A stretch of DNA of 64,000 bases from Candidatus Falkowbacteria bacterium HGW-Falkowbacteria-1 (GCA_002840305.1 PHAI01000001.1:229463-293462); one strand, 5' to 3'. Positions 9,380 to 19,218 are shown, counted from the stretch's first letter. The notes: generated by a model not told the origin, from the sequence alone. Translations and numbers: made by a program.

Positions 9380-10573
9380 ATGAATAAAAAAATATTAACC
9401 ATGGTGATAATTTTTATTGCCATCGTTGCCCTCGGTTCATATTATTTTTGGACCAACAAGGCAGACAAAAATGTAAAAATTGTGGCAGTAGCCACCATGA
9501 GAGGAATAGACGCTGGCGTCGATACCATTAATGGTGTCAAATTAGCACTTAAAGAGGCTAATTATTTAGTCGGTAAATACAACATAGAGTTAATAGTGGA
9601 AGATAATGGAGATGAAGAGGGCTATTGGGTTGAAGATGTTGAAAAAAATATTGCTGAAAAAGCGGCAAACGATAAAGATGTTATGATTTATCTTGGACCA
9701 ATTGATAGTGGAGCGGCTAAGATTAGTTTGCCAATAACAAATAAAGCTGGATTGCCTCAAATAAGCCCTACTAATACTTGGCCAGGGCTAACCCAGGCTG
9801 GTTTTGCTCCTGGAGAACCAGGAATTTTTTATCCTACTGGAGTTAGAACTTATTTTAGGGTTTGCCCGACTGATGCCGTCCAAGGTCCAGCCGGGGCTAT
9901 TTGGGCCAAAGAGATGGGTCTTAAAAATATTTTTATATTTGATGATGGAACGCTCTACGGTACTGGTATAACTAATATTTTTGAAGAAAAAGCTGTGAGC
10001 TTGGGTTTAAATATTTTAGGACACGAGACTCTTGATAGGGAGGGCCAGAGTTTTGTTTCCGAACTTAATGAATTAAAAGATTTAGATTTGATATATTTTG
10101 GCGGAGTTCCGTCGACCGGGGTCGTTAGTCTCATTAAGGGCATTAAAGATTTGAATTTACAAGCAAAGTTTATGGGAACAGATGGAATTATGGACCAGTT
10201 TATTCTTGATCAAGCTGGAGAGTCAGCCGAAGGTATTTACTTGACTACTATTGGGTCGCCAATAAATGAATTACAAGATGAAGGGGCAGATTTTTATAAA
10301 AACTATGTTAGTGAATACGGAATAGAGCCAAATACATATTCAGCTTTTGGTTATGAAGCCGCAAAAGTTTCCCTGTTAGCCATAGATAGGGCGGGTCAAA
10401 AAAACAGAGAAAAAGTTCTTGGGGAGTTGGCTGGTTTGCGAGATTTCCCGGGTATTTTTGGAAATTGGAGCTTTAACTCTAGCGGTGACACAGATTTAAT
10501 CTTGGTAAGCGGAAACATTGTAAGAGATGGAAAGTTTGAATATGAAAAAACATTGAGTTCCGGTAATAATTAA
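9380..10573 (+). CDS. membrane-anchored type-1 periplasmic binding protein (LivK / branched-chain amino acid binding-like)
   Basis: 397 aa with an N-terminal TM anchor, then a PBP1-like alternating pattern (YLGPIDSGAAK, RVCPTDAVQGPAGA, IYFGGVPSTG, AFGYEAAKV). No ABC permease or ATPase genes are adjacent. Confidence 0.65.
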   Translation: MNKKILTMVIIFIAIVALGSYYFWTNKADKNVKIVAVATMRGIDAGVDTINGVKLALKEANYLVGKYNIELIVEDNGDEEGYWVEDVEKNIAEKAANDKDVMIYLGPIDSGAAKISLPITNKAGLPQISPTNTWPGLTQAGFAPGEPGIFYPTGVRTYFRVCPTDAVQGPAGAIWAKEMGLKNIFIFDDGTLYGTGITNIFEEKAVSLGLNILGHETLDREGQSFVSELNELKDLDLIYFGGVPSTGVVSLIKGIKDLNLQAKFMGTDGIMDQFILDQAGESAEGIYLTTIGSPINELQDEGADFYKNYVSEYGIEPNTYSAFGYEAAKVSLLAIDRAGQKNREKVLGELAGLRDFPGIFGNWSFNSSGDTDLILVSGNIVRDGKFEYEKTLSSGNN

Positions 10574-10600
10574 TTTATTTTTTGCTAGAAAAAATTTGAA

Positions 10601-12889
10601 ATGCTCAAAGAAAAATTAAAAAAAATATTTAGTAAAATAGGGCTTAAACTATTAACGCCTTATTTGGTTTTTTCTTTTTTTGTTTTTCTATTGATATCCG
10701 TTTTTGTTTACTATAATTATAATTCTGAAATGAATTTTATAGAGGATAGTCAACAAAAAATGGCAGAAAGCGTAAGTAGCGAAATTGACTTTTTTATTTT
10801 TAGTACAATAAATGATCTCCAGTTTGTTAGTAAGAATATTGCTTGTTTAGATTGTTATGAGAATAATAGTTTTTTGATAAACAATTTGTTTGATGTTAAT
10901 TCTGATATTTATAGTGTTCATATCTTTGATCGGCAAAAAGGAATTACTAATGACCTGCATAGATATAGTAAAGATGATCATTCTGGCGATTTTGGTGTTG
11001 GCATATTTGAAGACGGGAAATTGTTGAAAGGTTTTGATAGGGGCACCTTTATTAGCCCCGTTTACGTTTCTGTTTATGACTTGCCTTTCATTTTTATTGG
11101 AGTGCCCATTTTTGATGAAGTTAATATACAGATAGGGACGGTTGTGGCCGAAGTTGATTTAACTTTTATTTGGGATGTGATTTCTAGAAACAAGTTTAAA
11201 AAAACAGGGTATGTTTATGCGGTTGATGTCAGTCAAAAACCTAGGCTTATTGCTTATAAAGATATTTCTTTTCTCAAATCGGGTTATGACGTCAGTGGCT
11301 TTGTTGGCGTCAATAATATCGTTAATCACAATCATTCCTTTTCTGTTTATGAGTCTTTCGATGGCAAGAAAGTTGTTGGCGCTTGGAGTTCGATCAATTC
11401 TACGAACTGGGGTTTGTTGGTAGAACTTCCAGTTAAAGAGATTTTTAGTGATCTTTTTATTTTGCTAGTTATTAGCATTATCTCAATTCTTCTTTTTGTT
11501 TTTTTTATAATCGTGATACTCGTTAGTATTTATAGAAATTTATTAACTCCATTGAAGGGGCTTACTGCTGGAGTTAATGAAATTAGCCTCGGAAATCTGA
11601 AGCACGTTGTAGAGATCAAAACTGACGACGAAATTGAAGAATTAGCAGAATCTTTTAATGCGATGACTCACGACTTAAGAGTCTCTCATAATAAATTAAA
11701 GGATTATAGTGTTAATTTGGAAAATAAAGTTAGAGCCAGGACTTTGAGTTTAACAGAGGAAAAGAAAAAATTAAAAAAAATCAATAATAAACTTACCGAG
11801 AGCGAACAAAAATTTAGAAGCTACATCGACAAAGCTCCCGATGGCATATTTGTTATTAACAAAAATGGTGCGTTTATTGAAGCAAACAACTCATCGCTTT
11901 TATTTATCGGATGCTCAGAAGAAGATTTAAAAAAAATAAAGTTTTTCGATATAATTTGTGACAAAGATGTTCCTCAAATTAAAAAACATTTAGAAACTGT
12001 TTTAAAATTAGGACAGGCAGAGGACGACGTTCTTTACAAGAGAAGGGGCGACAATGTTGAAGGGGATAGTTGTGGCAGGTATTTTAATGTCAGTAGCGTT
12101 AAACTTTCTGGTGATTTAATTTTGGTTTTCGTTAAAGATATTACTAAAGAAAAAGAGGTTGATAAGGCAAAAACAGAATTTGTATCTTTGGCCTCACATC
12201 AGCTCCGCACTCCTTTATCAGCTATAAATTGGTACTCTGAAATGCTTTTGGCTGGAGATGGCGGAAAGTTAACCAAAGATCAAAGAAAATTTAGCGAAGA
12301 GATATCTGCTAGCAACAAAAGAATGGTGGAACTCGTTAATTCTTTGTTGAATGTTTCTCGCTTGGAAATGGGCACCTTCATTATTGATCCAGAACCTACG
12401 AATGTTGTTGAAATTATGGAAAGCGTTATCAAAGAACAAATTCCAATGATAGTAAGCAAGAAAATAGAGGTTAAGAAAAAAATATCTTCTGATATTCCGA
12501 TAATTAATTCTGACCCGAAACTATTACGTATTGTTTTCCAAAATTTAGTTTCCAATGCCGTTAAATATACATCTGAAAACAAGAGCCTTTATGTGGAGAT
12601 TTCTCTTGATAAGAAAAAGAAAAGTATTTATATAAAAGTTCAGGATGAGGGTTATGGAATTCAAAAGAATCAACAAGATAGAATATTCAGTAAGCTTTTC
12701 AGAGCTGATAATGTTAAAAAGAAAAACACCGAAGGAACTGGGTTGGGCCTATATATTGTAAAGGCAATAGTTGCCCATGCTGGTGGTAATATTTGGTTTG
12801 AGTCAGAAGAGAACAAAGGAACAATCTTCCATCTAATGTTACCTCTTAAAGGTATGAAGGCCAAAAAGGGAGATAGGAGTCTTTCGTAG
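10601..12889 (+). CDS. sensor histidine kinase (2 TM, extracytoplasmic sensor domain, HAMP, coiled coil, PAS, HisKA, HATPase_c)
   Basis: H-box FVSLASHQLRTPLSAI, N box SNAVKYT, G boxes DEGYGI / GTGLGL, HAMP-like LTAGVNEISLGNL...ELAESFNAMT. Confidence 0.9.
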   Translation: MLKEKLKKIFSKIGLKLLTPYLVFSFFVFLLISVFVYYNYNSEMNFIEDSQQKMAESVSSEIDFFIFSTINDLQFVSKNIACLDCYENNSFLINNLFDVNSDIYSVHIFDRQKGITNDLHRYSKDDHSGDFGVGIFEDGKLLKGFDRGTFISPVYVSVYDLPFIFIGVPIFDEVNIQIGTVVAEVDLTFIWDVISRNKFKKTGYVYAVDVSQKPRLIAYKDISFLKSGYDVSGFVGVNNIVNHNHSFSVYESFDGKKVVGAWSSINSTNWGLLVELPVKEIFSDLFILLVISIISILLFVFFIIVILVSIYRNLLTPLKGLTAGVNEISLGNLKHVVEIKTDDEIEELAESFNAMTHDLRVSHNKLKDYSVNLENKVRARTLSLTEEKKKLKKINNKLTESEQKFRSYIDKAPDGIFVINKNGAFIEANNSSLLFIGCSEEDLKKIKFFDIICDKDVPQIKKHLETVLKLGQAEDDVLYKRRGDNVEGDSCGRYFNVSSVKLSGDLILVFVKDITKEKEVDKAKTEFVSLASHQLRTPLSAINWYSEMLLAGDGGKLTKDQRKFSEEISASNKRMVELVNSLLNVSRLEMGTFIIDPEPTNVVEIMESVIKEQIPMIVSKKIEVKKKISSDIPIINSDPKLLRIVFQNLVSNAVKYTSENKSLYVEISLDKKKKSIYIKVQDEGYGIQKNQQDRIFSKLFRADNVKKKNTEGTGLGLYIVKAIVAHAGGNIWFESEENKGTIFHLMLPLKGMKAKKGDRSLS

Positions 12890-12914
12890 ATAATTTATTA
12901 TTAAATATAGAAAT

Positions 12915-13307
12915 ATGAAAAAAAGCAACGATCCTTTGAAAAAAATATTGGTTGTTGAAGATGACAGGGCGCTATCTGAGGCTATTTCAATGAAACTAAG
13001 GAATAATGGTTTTGAAGTACTTCGCTCTTCCAGAGTTTCTGACGCCTTTTTAACATTAATGAAAAATAAAGATGTTAAGTTTATTTGGTTGGATCATTAT
13101 TTGCTAGGAGAAGAGAGTGGCTTCGATTTTGTGGTAAAAGTAAAAGAAGAGGGATCAGAAGTGAGAGACATCCCCATTTTTGTGGTTTCCAATACTGCTA
13201 GTGTCGACAAAATAAAATCTTATATTAAACTTGGTGTTGATAAGTATTATATTAAAGCTGAACATAGTTTAGAGGATTTGATTGAAGAAATGAAAAATTT
13301 TGTTTAG
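12915..13307 (+). CDS. single-domain response regulator (receiver only)
   Basis: 130 aa: VVEDD, putative phospho-acceptor in IWLDHYL, VVSNT, KYYIK. No output domain. Confidence 0.8.
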   Translation: MKKSNDPLKKILVVEDDRALSEAISMKLRNNGFEVLRSSRVSDAFLTLMKNKDVKFIWLDHYLLGEESGFDFVVKVKEEGSEVRDIPIFVVSNTASVDKIKSYIKLGVDKYYIKAEHSLEDLIEEMKNFV

Positions 13308-13352
13308 TAATGTCGGCATTGATTTGTTTTACCATCTCTTGTGGAAATAAAA

Positions 13353-13388
13353 GCCGGATTTTATATTAATATAAATTTCGGTTTTTTT
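13353..13388 (+). terminator. AT-rich hairpin terminator after the response regulator
   Basis: GCCGGATTT-TATATTAATATA-AATTTCGG (imperfect stem) followed by TTTTTTT. Confidence 0.45.
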
Positions 13389-13404
13389 AGAAAATAAGAA
13401 AAAA

Positions 13405-13433
13405 TTGACTAAAATTCTTTATTTTAGTAGTAT
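13405..13433 (+). promoter_or_regulatory. candidate sigma70-type promoter for valS
   Basis: TTGACT, 17-nt spacer, TAGTAT. Confidence 0.4.
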
Positions 13434-13485
13434 TTAGTAGTGTTATTATATTTATTTTTTAAGATTTCAATTAAATTATACTTTT

Positions 13486-15837
13486 ATGTTAGAGAAATAC
13501 ATTTTTTCTGAAAGAGAGGAATGTTGGCGTAAATATTGGGAGGAAAATAAGATTTATGAATTTAATCCTGATAGCGATAAGCCTTTTTATTCAGTTGATA
13601 CTCCGCCGCCCTATGTTTCCGCCGATCATCTTCATTTTGGCCATATTATGAGTTATTCCCAGGCAGAGTTTATAGTTCGTTACAAAAGGATGGCTGGTTT
13701 TGAGGTTTTTTATCCTATGGGTTTCGATGATAATGGTTTGCCGACCGAGAGATTTGTTGAGAAAAAGTATAATATTAACAAAAAACAAATTACTAGACCA
13801 GAATTTATTAATAAATGCCTGGAAGAGACGAAGATTGGAGCCGAAACTTATAGAAAGCTTTGGAGTTTGATTGGCATATCAGTCGATTGGTCAAAAACTT
13901 ATAGTACTATAAATAAACATTGTCAAAAGATTTCTCAGTGGTCATTTTTAGATTTATATAAAAAAGGTAAAATAATTCAAAGAGAAGAGCCTGGCGCTTG
14001 GTGTACAACCTGTCAAACAGCTATAGCCCAGGCAGATTTAGAAGACGAAGAAAATGAAAGTCAGATGAATTATATAAATTTTAAGGATGAAGAAGGTAAT
14101 GATTTGTTGATAGCGACGACTCGCCCAGAGTTAATTCCAGCCTGCGTGGCCTTGTTTGTCAATCCAAATGATAGTAGGTATTCTAGTTTAGTCGGAAAAA
14201 AGGCTATTGTGCCAATTTCAAAGCATGAGGTTCCTATTATGACTGACGAAAGCGTTGATTTGGAGTTTGGTAGTGGATTGATGATGGTTTGTACTTGGGG
14301 AGATAATGAAGATGCCAAAAAATACAGAATACACAATTTAGAGACCAGGGCTATCTTAGAGGCTGACGGCAAATTGAATGAATTGGCCGGTGAATTTGTT
14401 GGTATGACTTTAAAAGATGCTAGAAAGGCGATTTTAGAAAAACTTCAAAATAATGGAGAACTAATAAGGCAAGAAAACATAAGTCATGTTTTAAATGTTC
14501 ATGAGCGATGTGGTACCCCAGTGGAGCTGATAAAAACAAAACAATTTTTTATAAACATTTTAGATATTAAAGATGAACTTTTGGCACTAGGAGAAAAAAT
14601 GAATTGGTATCCAGCTCATATGAAGCAGAGATACATTGATTGGGTAAAAGCTTTGCAATGGGATTGGTGTATTTCTCGCCAAAGATACTATGGCGTTCCT
14701 TTTCCTGTTTGGTATTGCGAAAAGTGTGGTGAATTAATTTTACCTGAAGAAAAAGATTTGCCCGTTGATCCTATGAATGAATCTCCTAAAATTTCTCAAT
14801 GTCCAAAGTGTGGGGGAGAAAATTTTTTACCAGAAAATGATGTTATGGACACCTGGATGACATCTTCTCTTTCCCCTTTAATAGTTTCCAAATTATTTGA
14901 AAATGAAAATGTGCAAAATAAACTATATCCATCATCACTTCGTCCCCAGGCTTTTGAAATTATTAGAACCTGGTTGTTTTATACCACGGTAAAATCTTTT
15001 TATCATTTTGGTGATGTTCCTTTTAAAGATATTATGATTTCTGGCCACGGACACGATGAAAAAGGGCAAAAGATTTCTAAGCGTTTAGGAAACTATGTTC
15101 CGCCAGAACAAGTCATTGAAAGGTATGGGGCCGATGCTATGCGTTATTGGTCGACTGGGGCTAATTTGGGGGAGAACCTACGTTATAGTGAAAATGAGAT
15201 AAAGAATGGATCTCGTTTGGTTAATAAATTATTCAATGCCTCCAAATTCTGTTTGTCTTTTTTGAGTTATGAAAACAAAGAGTTGAGTGAAGATTTGGAA
15301 GAAGAAGATAAATGGATTATTAATAGTTTAAATAAAACGGTTTCTTTAGCGACTAAATATATGGAATCTTATCAATATTCTAGAGCTAGAAACGAAATTG
15401 ATGATTTTTTCTGGTCAAAATTCTGTGATAACTATTTGGAATTCATAAAATCACGTTTATATGGTGACGTTCCTGATGTTAAAGTAAAGAGCGTTTTGTA
15501 CCAAGTTCTCTTAATAATAATGAAGCTTTATGCTCCATTTTTGCCTTTTATTACAGAAGAAGTTTATCAAGATTTTTATCAAAAAGATATCGGAGAAAAG
15601 AGTATCCATTTAAGTTCTTGGCCTAAAAACATAGAAATAGAAATTAATGAAGAGGATATTGCTTCTTTCGAGAAGGCAATTGAGGCTGTCGCAGAGATTA
15701 GGGGGCACAAATCGGATAATAAATTATCGTTAGGAAAAGAATTGGATGAGTATCAGTTAAAAATAGAAGTTGATGAAAAACATTTTGATTTTATAAAAAG
15801 AGCTATTAAGGTTAAAAATTTGATCCCGAGGAAGTAA
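13486..15837 (+). CDS. valS: valine--tRNA ligase (short, archaeal-like form)
   Basis: Class I aaRS: PPPYVSADHLHFGH (HIGH), KISKRLGN (KMSKS), ATTRPELIPA editing-domain motif, WDWCISRQRYYGVPFP. At 783 aa it appears to lack the long C-terminal coiled coil. Confidence 0.75.
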   Translation: MLEKYIFSEREECWRKYWEENKIYEFNPDSDKPFYSVDTPPPYVSADHLHFGHIMSYSQAEFIVRYKRMAGFEVFYPMGFDDNGLPTERFVEKKYNINKKQITRPEFINKCLEETKIGAETYRKLWSLIGISVDWSKTYSTINKHCQKISQWSFLDLYKKGKIIQREEPGAWCTTCQTAIAQADLEDEENESQMNYINFKDEEGNDLLIATTRPELIPACVALFVNPNDSRYSSLVGKKAIVPISKHEVPIMTDESVDLEFGSGLMMVCTWGDNEDAKKYRIHNLETRAILEADGKLNELAGEFVGMTLKDARKAILEKLQNNGELIRQENISHVLNVHERCGTPVELIKTKQFFINILDIKDELLALGEKMNWYPAHMKQRYIDWVKALQWDWCISRQRYYGVPFPVWYCEKCGELILPEEKDLPVDPMNESPKISQCPKCGGENFLPENDVMDTWMTSSLSPLIVSKLFENENVQNKLYPSSLRPQAFEIIRTWLFYTTVKSFYHFGDVPFKDIMISGHGHDEKGQKISKRLGNYVPPEQVIERYGADAMRYWSTGANLGENLRYSENEIKNGSRLVNKLFNASKFCLSFLSYENKELSEDLEEEDKWIINSLNKTVSLATKYMESYQYSRARNEIDDFFWSKFCDNYLEFIKSRLYGDVPDVKVKSVLYQVLLIIMKLYAPFLPFITEEVYQDFYQKDIGEKSIHLSSWPKNIEIEINEEDIASFEKAIEAVAEIRGHKSDNKLSLGKELDEYQLKIEVDEKHFDFIKRAIKVKNLIPRK

Positions 15838-15858
15838 CAAAAACAATAACAAAAAAAA

Positions 15859-15888
15859 GAACGAGCATATTTTTGCTCGTTTTTTATT
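15859..15888. terminator. hairpin terminator between convergent valS and HIT genes
   Basis: AACGAGC-ATATTTTT-GCTCGTT flanked by an A-tract and a T-tract. Confidence 0.6.
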
Positions 15889-15903
15889 TTTCGGTTTCAA
15901 ATT

Positions 15904-16299
15904 TTATAATTTGAAAATGTTTTTTATTTTTTTTATTTTTGCCGGAGTTATTATTTTTTTTTCTCTTTTTCTCATAAAATTTTTTAATCCGTCATTTTTT
16001 CCTCTAAATACGATGTGACAATGCAAATGGTTTACCGTTTGGCCTGCTATTTCGCCTTCGTTAATAAAAATGTTTATACCCTCTGGCCTCAGAACAGCTT
16101 TGACCTTGTTTTCAATTAAAACAATTGATTGAAAGAAATCATTTAGTTCTTCCGCCGTCAATTCGCTGAGTGACTCAACGTGTCTCTTGGGTATAGCCAA
16201 TAAACTCATTTTTCCCATCGGAAAACAGTTTATCAGAATGAGGGAATTTTTAGATTCGCTCACGATTAAATCGCCGTTTGTTTCACAGAATACGCACAT
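15904..16299 (-). CDS. HIT (histidine triad) family protein
   Basis: 131 aa with the HxHxHxx motif NHLHCHIVF. Confidence 0.85.
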   Translation of the reverse strand: MCVFCETNGDLIVSESKNSLILINCFPMGKMSLLAIPKRHVESLSELTAEELNDFFQSIVLIENKVKAVLRPEGINIFINEGEIAGQTVNHLHCHIVFRGKNDGLKNFMRKREKKIITPAKIKKIKNIFKL

Positions 16300-16380
16300 T
16301 TTGGCCTCCTTTTTTAGTTAATTAATTATTTCAAAGATCAACACGGTATGTTATCATGTATACGGCATGAAGTCAACGTC

Positions 16381-16409
16381 TTGCTTTTTTATTTTAAATA
16401 TTTTATATT
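16381..16409 (+). promoter_or_regulatory. candidate promoter for tRNA-Ser(UGA)
   Basis: TTGCTT, 17-nt spacer, TATATT, about 25 nt upstream of the tRNA. Confidence 0.35.
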
Positions 16410-16434
16410 AGATTTGTGTTTTAAAATTTAATTA

Positions 16435-16521
16435 GGAGAGGTGCCAGAGTGGTTGAATGGAACAGTCTTGAAAACTGTCGTGCCTTAACGGGTACCGAGG
16501 GTTCGAATCCCTCCCTCTCCG
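16435..16521 (+). tRNA. tRNA-Ser (anticodon UGA), class II, CCA not encoded
   Basis: Acceptor GGAGAGG/CCTCTCC; anticodon stem ACAGT/ACTGT with loop CTTGAAA; variable stem GTGCC/GGTAC; T arm GAGGG-TTCGAAT-CCCTC; G73. Confidence 0.95.
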
Positions 16522-16531
16522 CGATAATAAA

Positions 16532-16559
16532 ATAGCCTTTAAACAAGGGCTATTTTTTA
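16532..16559 (+). terminator. terminator after tRNA-Ser(UGA)
   Basis: ATAGCC...GGCTAT hairpin followed by TTTTTT. Confidence 0.7.
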
Positions 16560-16601
16560 TAGGGAGTTTATTATTTTGAGACACCATGTTATAATTACAA
16601 T

Positions 16602-17192
16602 ATGAATATAAAAATAATTTTGTCTATAATTGCAACAATTATCGGAGTTGTGGCATTTTTTCCATATCTTAGAGACATTGTTCAATTAAAAACTAAACCG
16701 CATGTTTATACCTGGCTTATTTGGGCGGTTACGCAAACAACGGCAGTGGCAGGAATTTTGCACGGTGGTGGTGGTTGGGGGTCATTAAATCTTATAATTG
16801 GAACATTTTTTGTTGTTTGTATCTTTTTGTTCTCATTAAAATATGGGTCAAAAAATATAACCAAAGGAGATTCTATTGTTTTAGTGATTGCCCTTTGTGC
16901 GGTTTTAGTTTGGTGGCGGTTAGATAGACCCATACTCGCAGTTATAATGGTTTCTATTATAGATGTTCTTGGCTATATTCCAAGTTTTAGAAAGTCTTAT
17001 CAAGAACCATGGAGCGAAACTTTAATCTCCTGGGTGCTTTTTTCTGTATCTAATATTTTCGCTATTTTAGCATTAAACGAATACAATTTATTGACAGTGA
17101 CATATTTAGTGGCGATAACATTAGCAAATTTATTTATATTTTTACTATGTTTTTTAAGAAGATCTTTTATCCCTAGGCCCAGTTCATTTTAG
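16602..17192 (+). CDS. integral membrane protein (about 6 TM), unknown function
   Basis: 196 aa, hydrophobic throughout. First islet gene downstream of tRNA-Ser(UGA). Confidence 0.6.
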   Translation: MNIKIILSIIATIIGVVAFFPYLRDIVQLKTKPHVYTWLIWAVTQTTAVAGILHGGGGWGSLNLIIGTFFVVCIFLFSLKYGSKNITKGDSIVLVIALCAVLVWWRLDRPILAVIMVSIIDVLGYIPSFRKSYQEPWSETLISWVLFSVSNIFAILALNEYNLLTVTYLVAITLANLFIFLLCFLRRSFIPRPSSF

Positions 17193-17276
17193 TTATAAAT
17201 ATTAGACGAAGTCTAATCGGTGTGTTTGTATTATTATTTGCAGAGATATAAAGTGTAATTATTTTCCATAAAAATC

Positions 17277-17304
17277 GTTCCAAAACGCCTCGCTCTCTCC
17301 GCCA
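17277..17304 (+). repeat. degenerate tRNA-Ser 3'-end-like fragment
   Basis: GTTCCAAAACGCCTCGCTCTCTCCGCCA. Very similar to 9009..9037 and 18517..18544. Confidence 0.7.
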
Positions 17305-17425
17305 ACAATATTTTATTAGATTATTGAGACATATTCTCTCATCAAAAGTTTCTGAAAAAAATTAAAAATAATAAAAAACGACCAAGAGGTAAAAACGAGG
17401 CTTTATTTGTTTCAAAGAAAACAAC

Positions 17426-18247
17426 ATGATAACTAATAAAAATAAATATTTAGCATATTTTTTTAACAAATTTGATTATTTAATCAGATTTTTATATTCT
17501 CAGCTTAGTTTAAATAAATTGTTTTTTTGGAAGTTGTATTCTAGTGATTTCGAGAGATTAGATTCTAGTTTTGAAAAGGTGCATTTTTTTTTAAAAAGTC
17601 ATAATTTTTCGTTTCAAGATAAAACATGTTTAGAATTGGGTCCTGGAAATTCTTATGTTAACGCATATAATTTTTTGTTTAATGGAAGCAACAAGGTTGT
17701 TTTGGTCGATAAATATCCTAGACATATAAAAACAAAAAAACAAAAGGCTTTTTTTCAAAAAGAAAAAGAATTCATAAAAACTAAATATAACAATAAGGAA
17801 ATAGATTTTGATAAGATAGTTTTTATTTCTAAGGACTTAAGCGAAGTTGAGTTGAACGAAGAAATAGATTTTGTTTATAGTATTAGTGTTTTTGAGCACA
17901 TAAAAAATGTTGAAGAAAATATAAAAAAATTAAGTTCTATATTAAAAAAAGGTGGATTCTTGTATCATCTAATAGACATGAGAGATCATTACAATTTTGA
18001 TAATCCTTTTTTGTTTTTGAAGTATTCTAAAAAAACATGGGAAAATTATTTAACTAAAAAGGGTGTTAGTTATACGAATAGAATCAGATATAGTGAATTT
18101 AAAGAAATTTTCGAAAAAAATGGCTTTGAAATCATTTCTGAACAGATAACAAGATATCCTATGCCAAATAAAATATACAAGGCATTCAATAAGGATGATA
18201 AAAATATAGACATTGGAATATGGAGGGTTTTAATGATGAAGAAGTAA
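17426..18247 (+). CDS. class I SAM-dependent methyltransferase
   Basis: Motif I CLELGPGNS, followed by VVLVDKY and ISVFEHI. Confidence 0.65.
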   Translation: MITNKNKYLAYFFNKFDYLIRFLYSQLSLNKLFFWKLYSSDFERLDSSFEKVHFFLKSHNFSFQDKTCLELGPGNSYVNAYNFLFNGSNKVVLVDKYPRHIKTKKQKAFFQKEKEFIKTKYNNKEIDFDKIVFISKDLSEVELNEEIDFVYSISVFEHIKNVEENIKKLSSILKKGGFLYHLIDMRDHYNFDNPFLFLKYSKKTWENYLTKKGVSYTNRIRYSEFKEIFEKNGFEIISEQITRYPMPNKIYKAFNKDDKNIDIGIWRVLMMKK

Positions 18248-18516
18248 ACAAAAACATTGTAGCTAATTATATCGCTTGGGTCTAGTATTTTCTAGGTCTT
18301 TTTTGTTATTATCATCCTTTTAATTATATAAATTGAATAATGCTAAAAATTAGCTATAATGTATGCATAATTAATTAGCACTATAAGTATATAGAAGACA
18401 ATTCTTATAATATTAAGGTTGCTGATTTATTGGTTGTTTTACCGAATACTAAAATTTATTATTTAGATAAGATGAAATTAAATTTGATAACGATTCTAGC
18501 TTGGAACTCTAACAAA

Positions 18517-18580
18517 GTTCCAAAACGCCCCACCCTCTCTGTGGTAGCAAAATAGACCTTAAACAAAGGCTATTTTTTGT
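18517..18580 (+). repeat. degenerate copy of the tRNA-Ser(UGA) 3' end plus its terminator
   Basis: GTTCCAAAACGCCCCACCCTCTCTGTGG-TAGCAAAATAGACCTTAAACAAAGGCTATTTTTT compared with GGTTCGAATCCCTCCCTCTCCGCG-ATAATAAAATAGCCTTTAAACAAGGGCTATTTTTT at 16500..16558. Confidence 0.8.
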
Positions 18581-18644
18581 AAGGTGTTTATTGCTTAGGA
18601 ATTATATGGTACAATTTAAACATAAATGTATAAATTATAAGAGT

Positions 18645-19217
18645 ATGAATCAAAAAAAACGAGCATATATAATACATGGTTGGTGTGGTCATCCAAGCGA
18701 AGGAATTAAACCTTGGCTGAAAAGTAAGTTGGAAGAAAATAATTATTTAGTGGAATCTAGACAGATGCCCAATGCAGATTTTCCGATAGTGAAAGAATGG
18801 GTAGATTTTATGAAGGAAATGATTAATGATCCAGACAAAGATGTAACTCTTATCGGGCATAGCTTGGGATGCCCAGCTATTTTACATTACCTAGAGTCTT
18901 TGCCGGAGGGAATTGTAATTGATAAAGTTGTTATGATTGCTGGTGTAGTAAATAAAATTAATAATATATCAGAGGAACAGAATAATTTTATAATGCCATG
19001 GCTGCAGAATAATTTAGATGTTAAAAAAATTAAAAAATCTGTAAATAAAATTTTTGCTTTTTTTTCTGACAACGATCCGTTTATACCGTTGGAAACTGAA
19101 GAAATAATGAGAGAAAAATTTGGCGCAAAAACTTTTATCGAAAGCAAAAAAGGTCATTTTAATGAAAAAGATGGGATTTACGAAGTCCCTTCGGTTTTAG
19201 CTGTCATAATTAAATAA
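18645..19217 (+). CDS. alpha/beta hydrolase (YdeN/RBBP9-like serine hydrolase)
   Basis: ATG 18645 preferred over TTG 18591. YIIHGW, nucleophile elbow GHSLGC, late D...H (SDNDPFIP ... KKGHF). Confidence 0.7.
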   Translation: MNQKKRAYIIHGWCGHPSEGIKPWLKSKLEENNYLVESRQMPNADFPIVKEWVDFMKEMINDPDKDVTLIGHSLGCPAILHYLESLPEGIVIDKVVMIAGVVNKINNISEEQNNFIMPWLQNNLDVKKIKKSVNKIFAFFSDNDPFIPLETEEIMREKFGAKTFIESKKGHFNEKDGIYEVPSVLAVIIK

Positions 19218-19218
19218 A

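Noticed and set aside
13308-13485. T-box or other leader riboswitch upstream of valS (and of tyrS at 62373..62474).
   Set aside because: I saw no T-box consensus or specifier/antiterminator architecture by eye, only an AT-rich hairpin terminator and a promoter-like TTGACT/TAGTAT pair.
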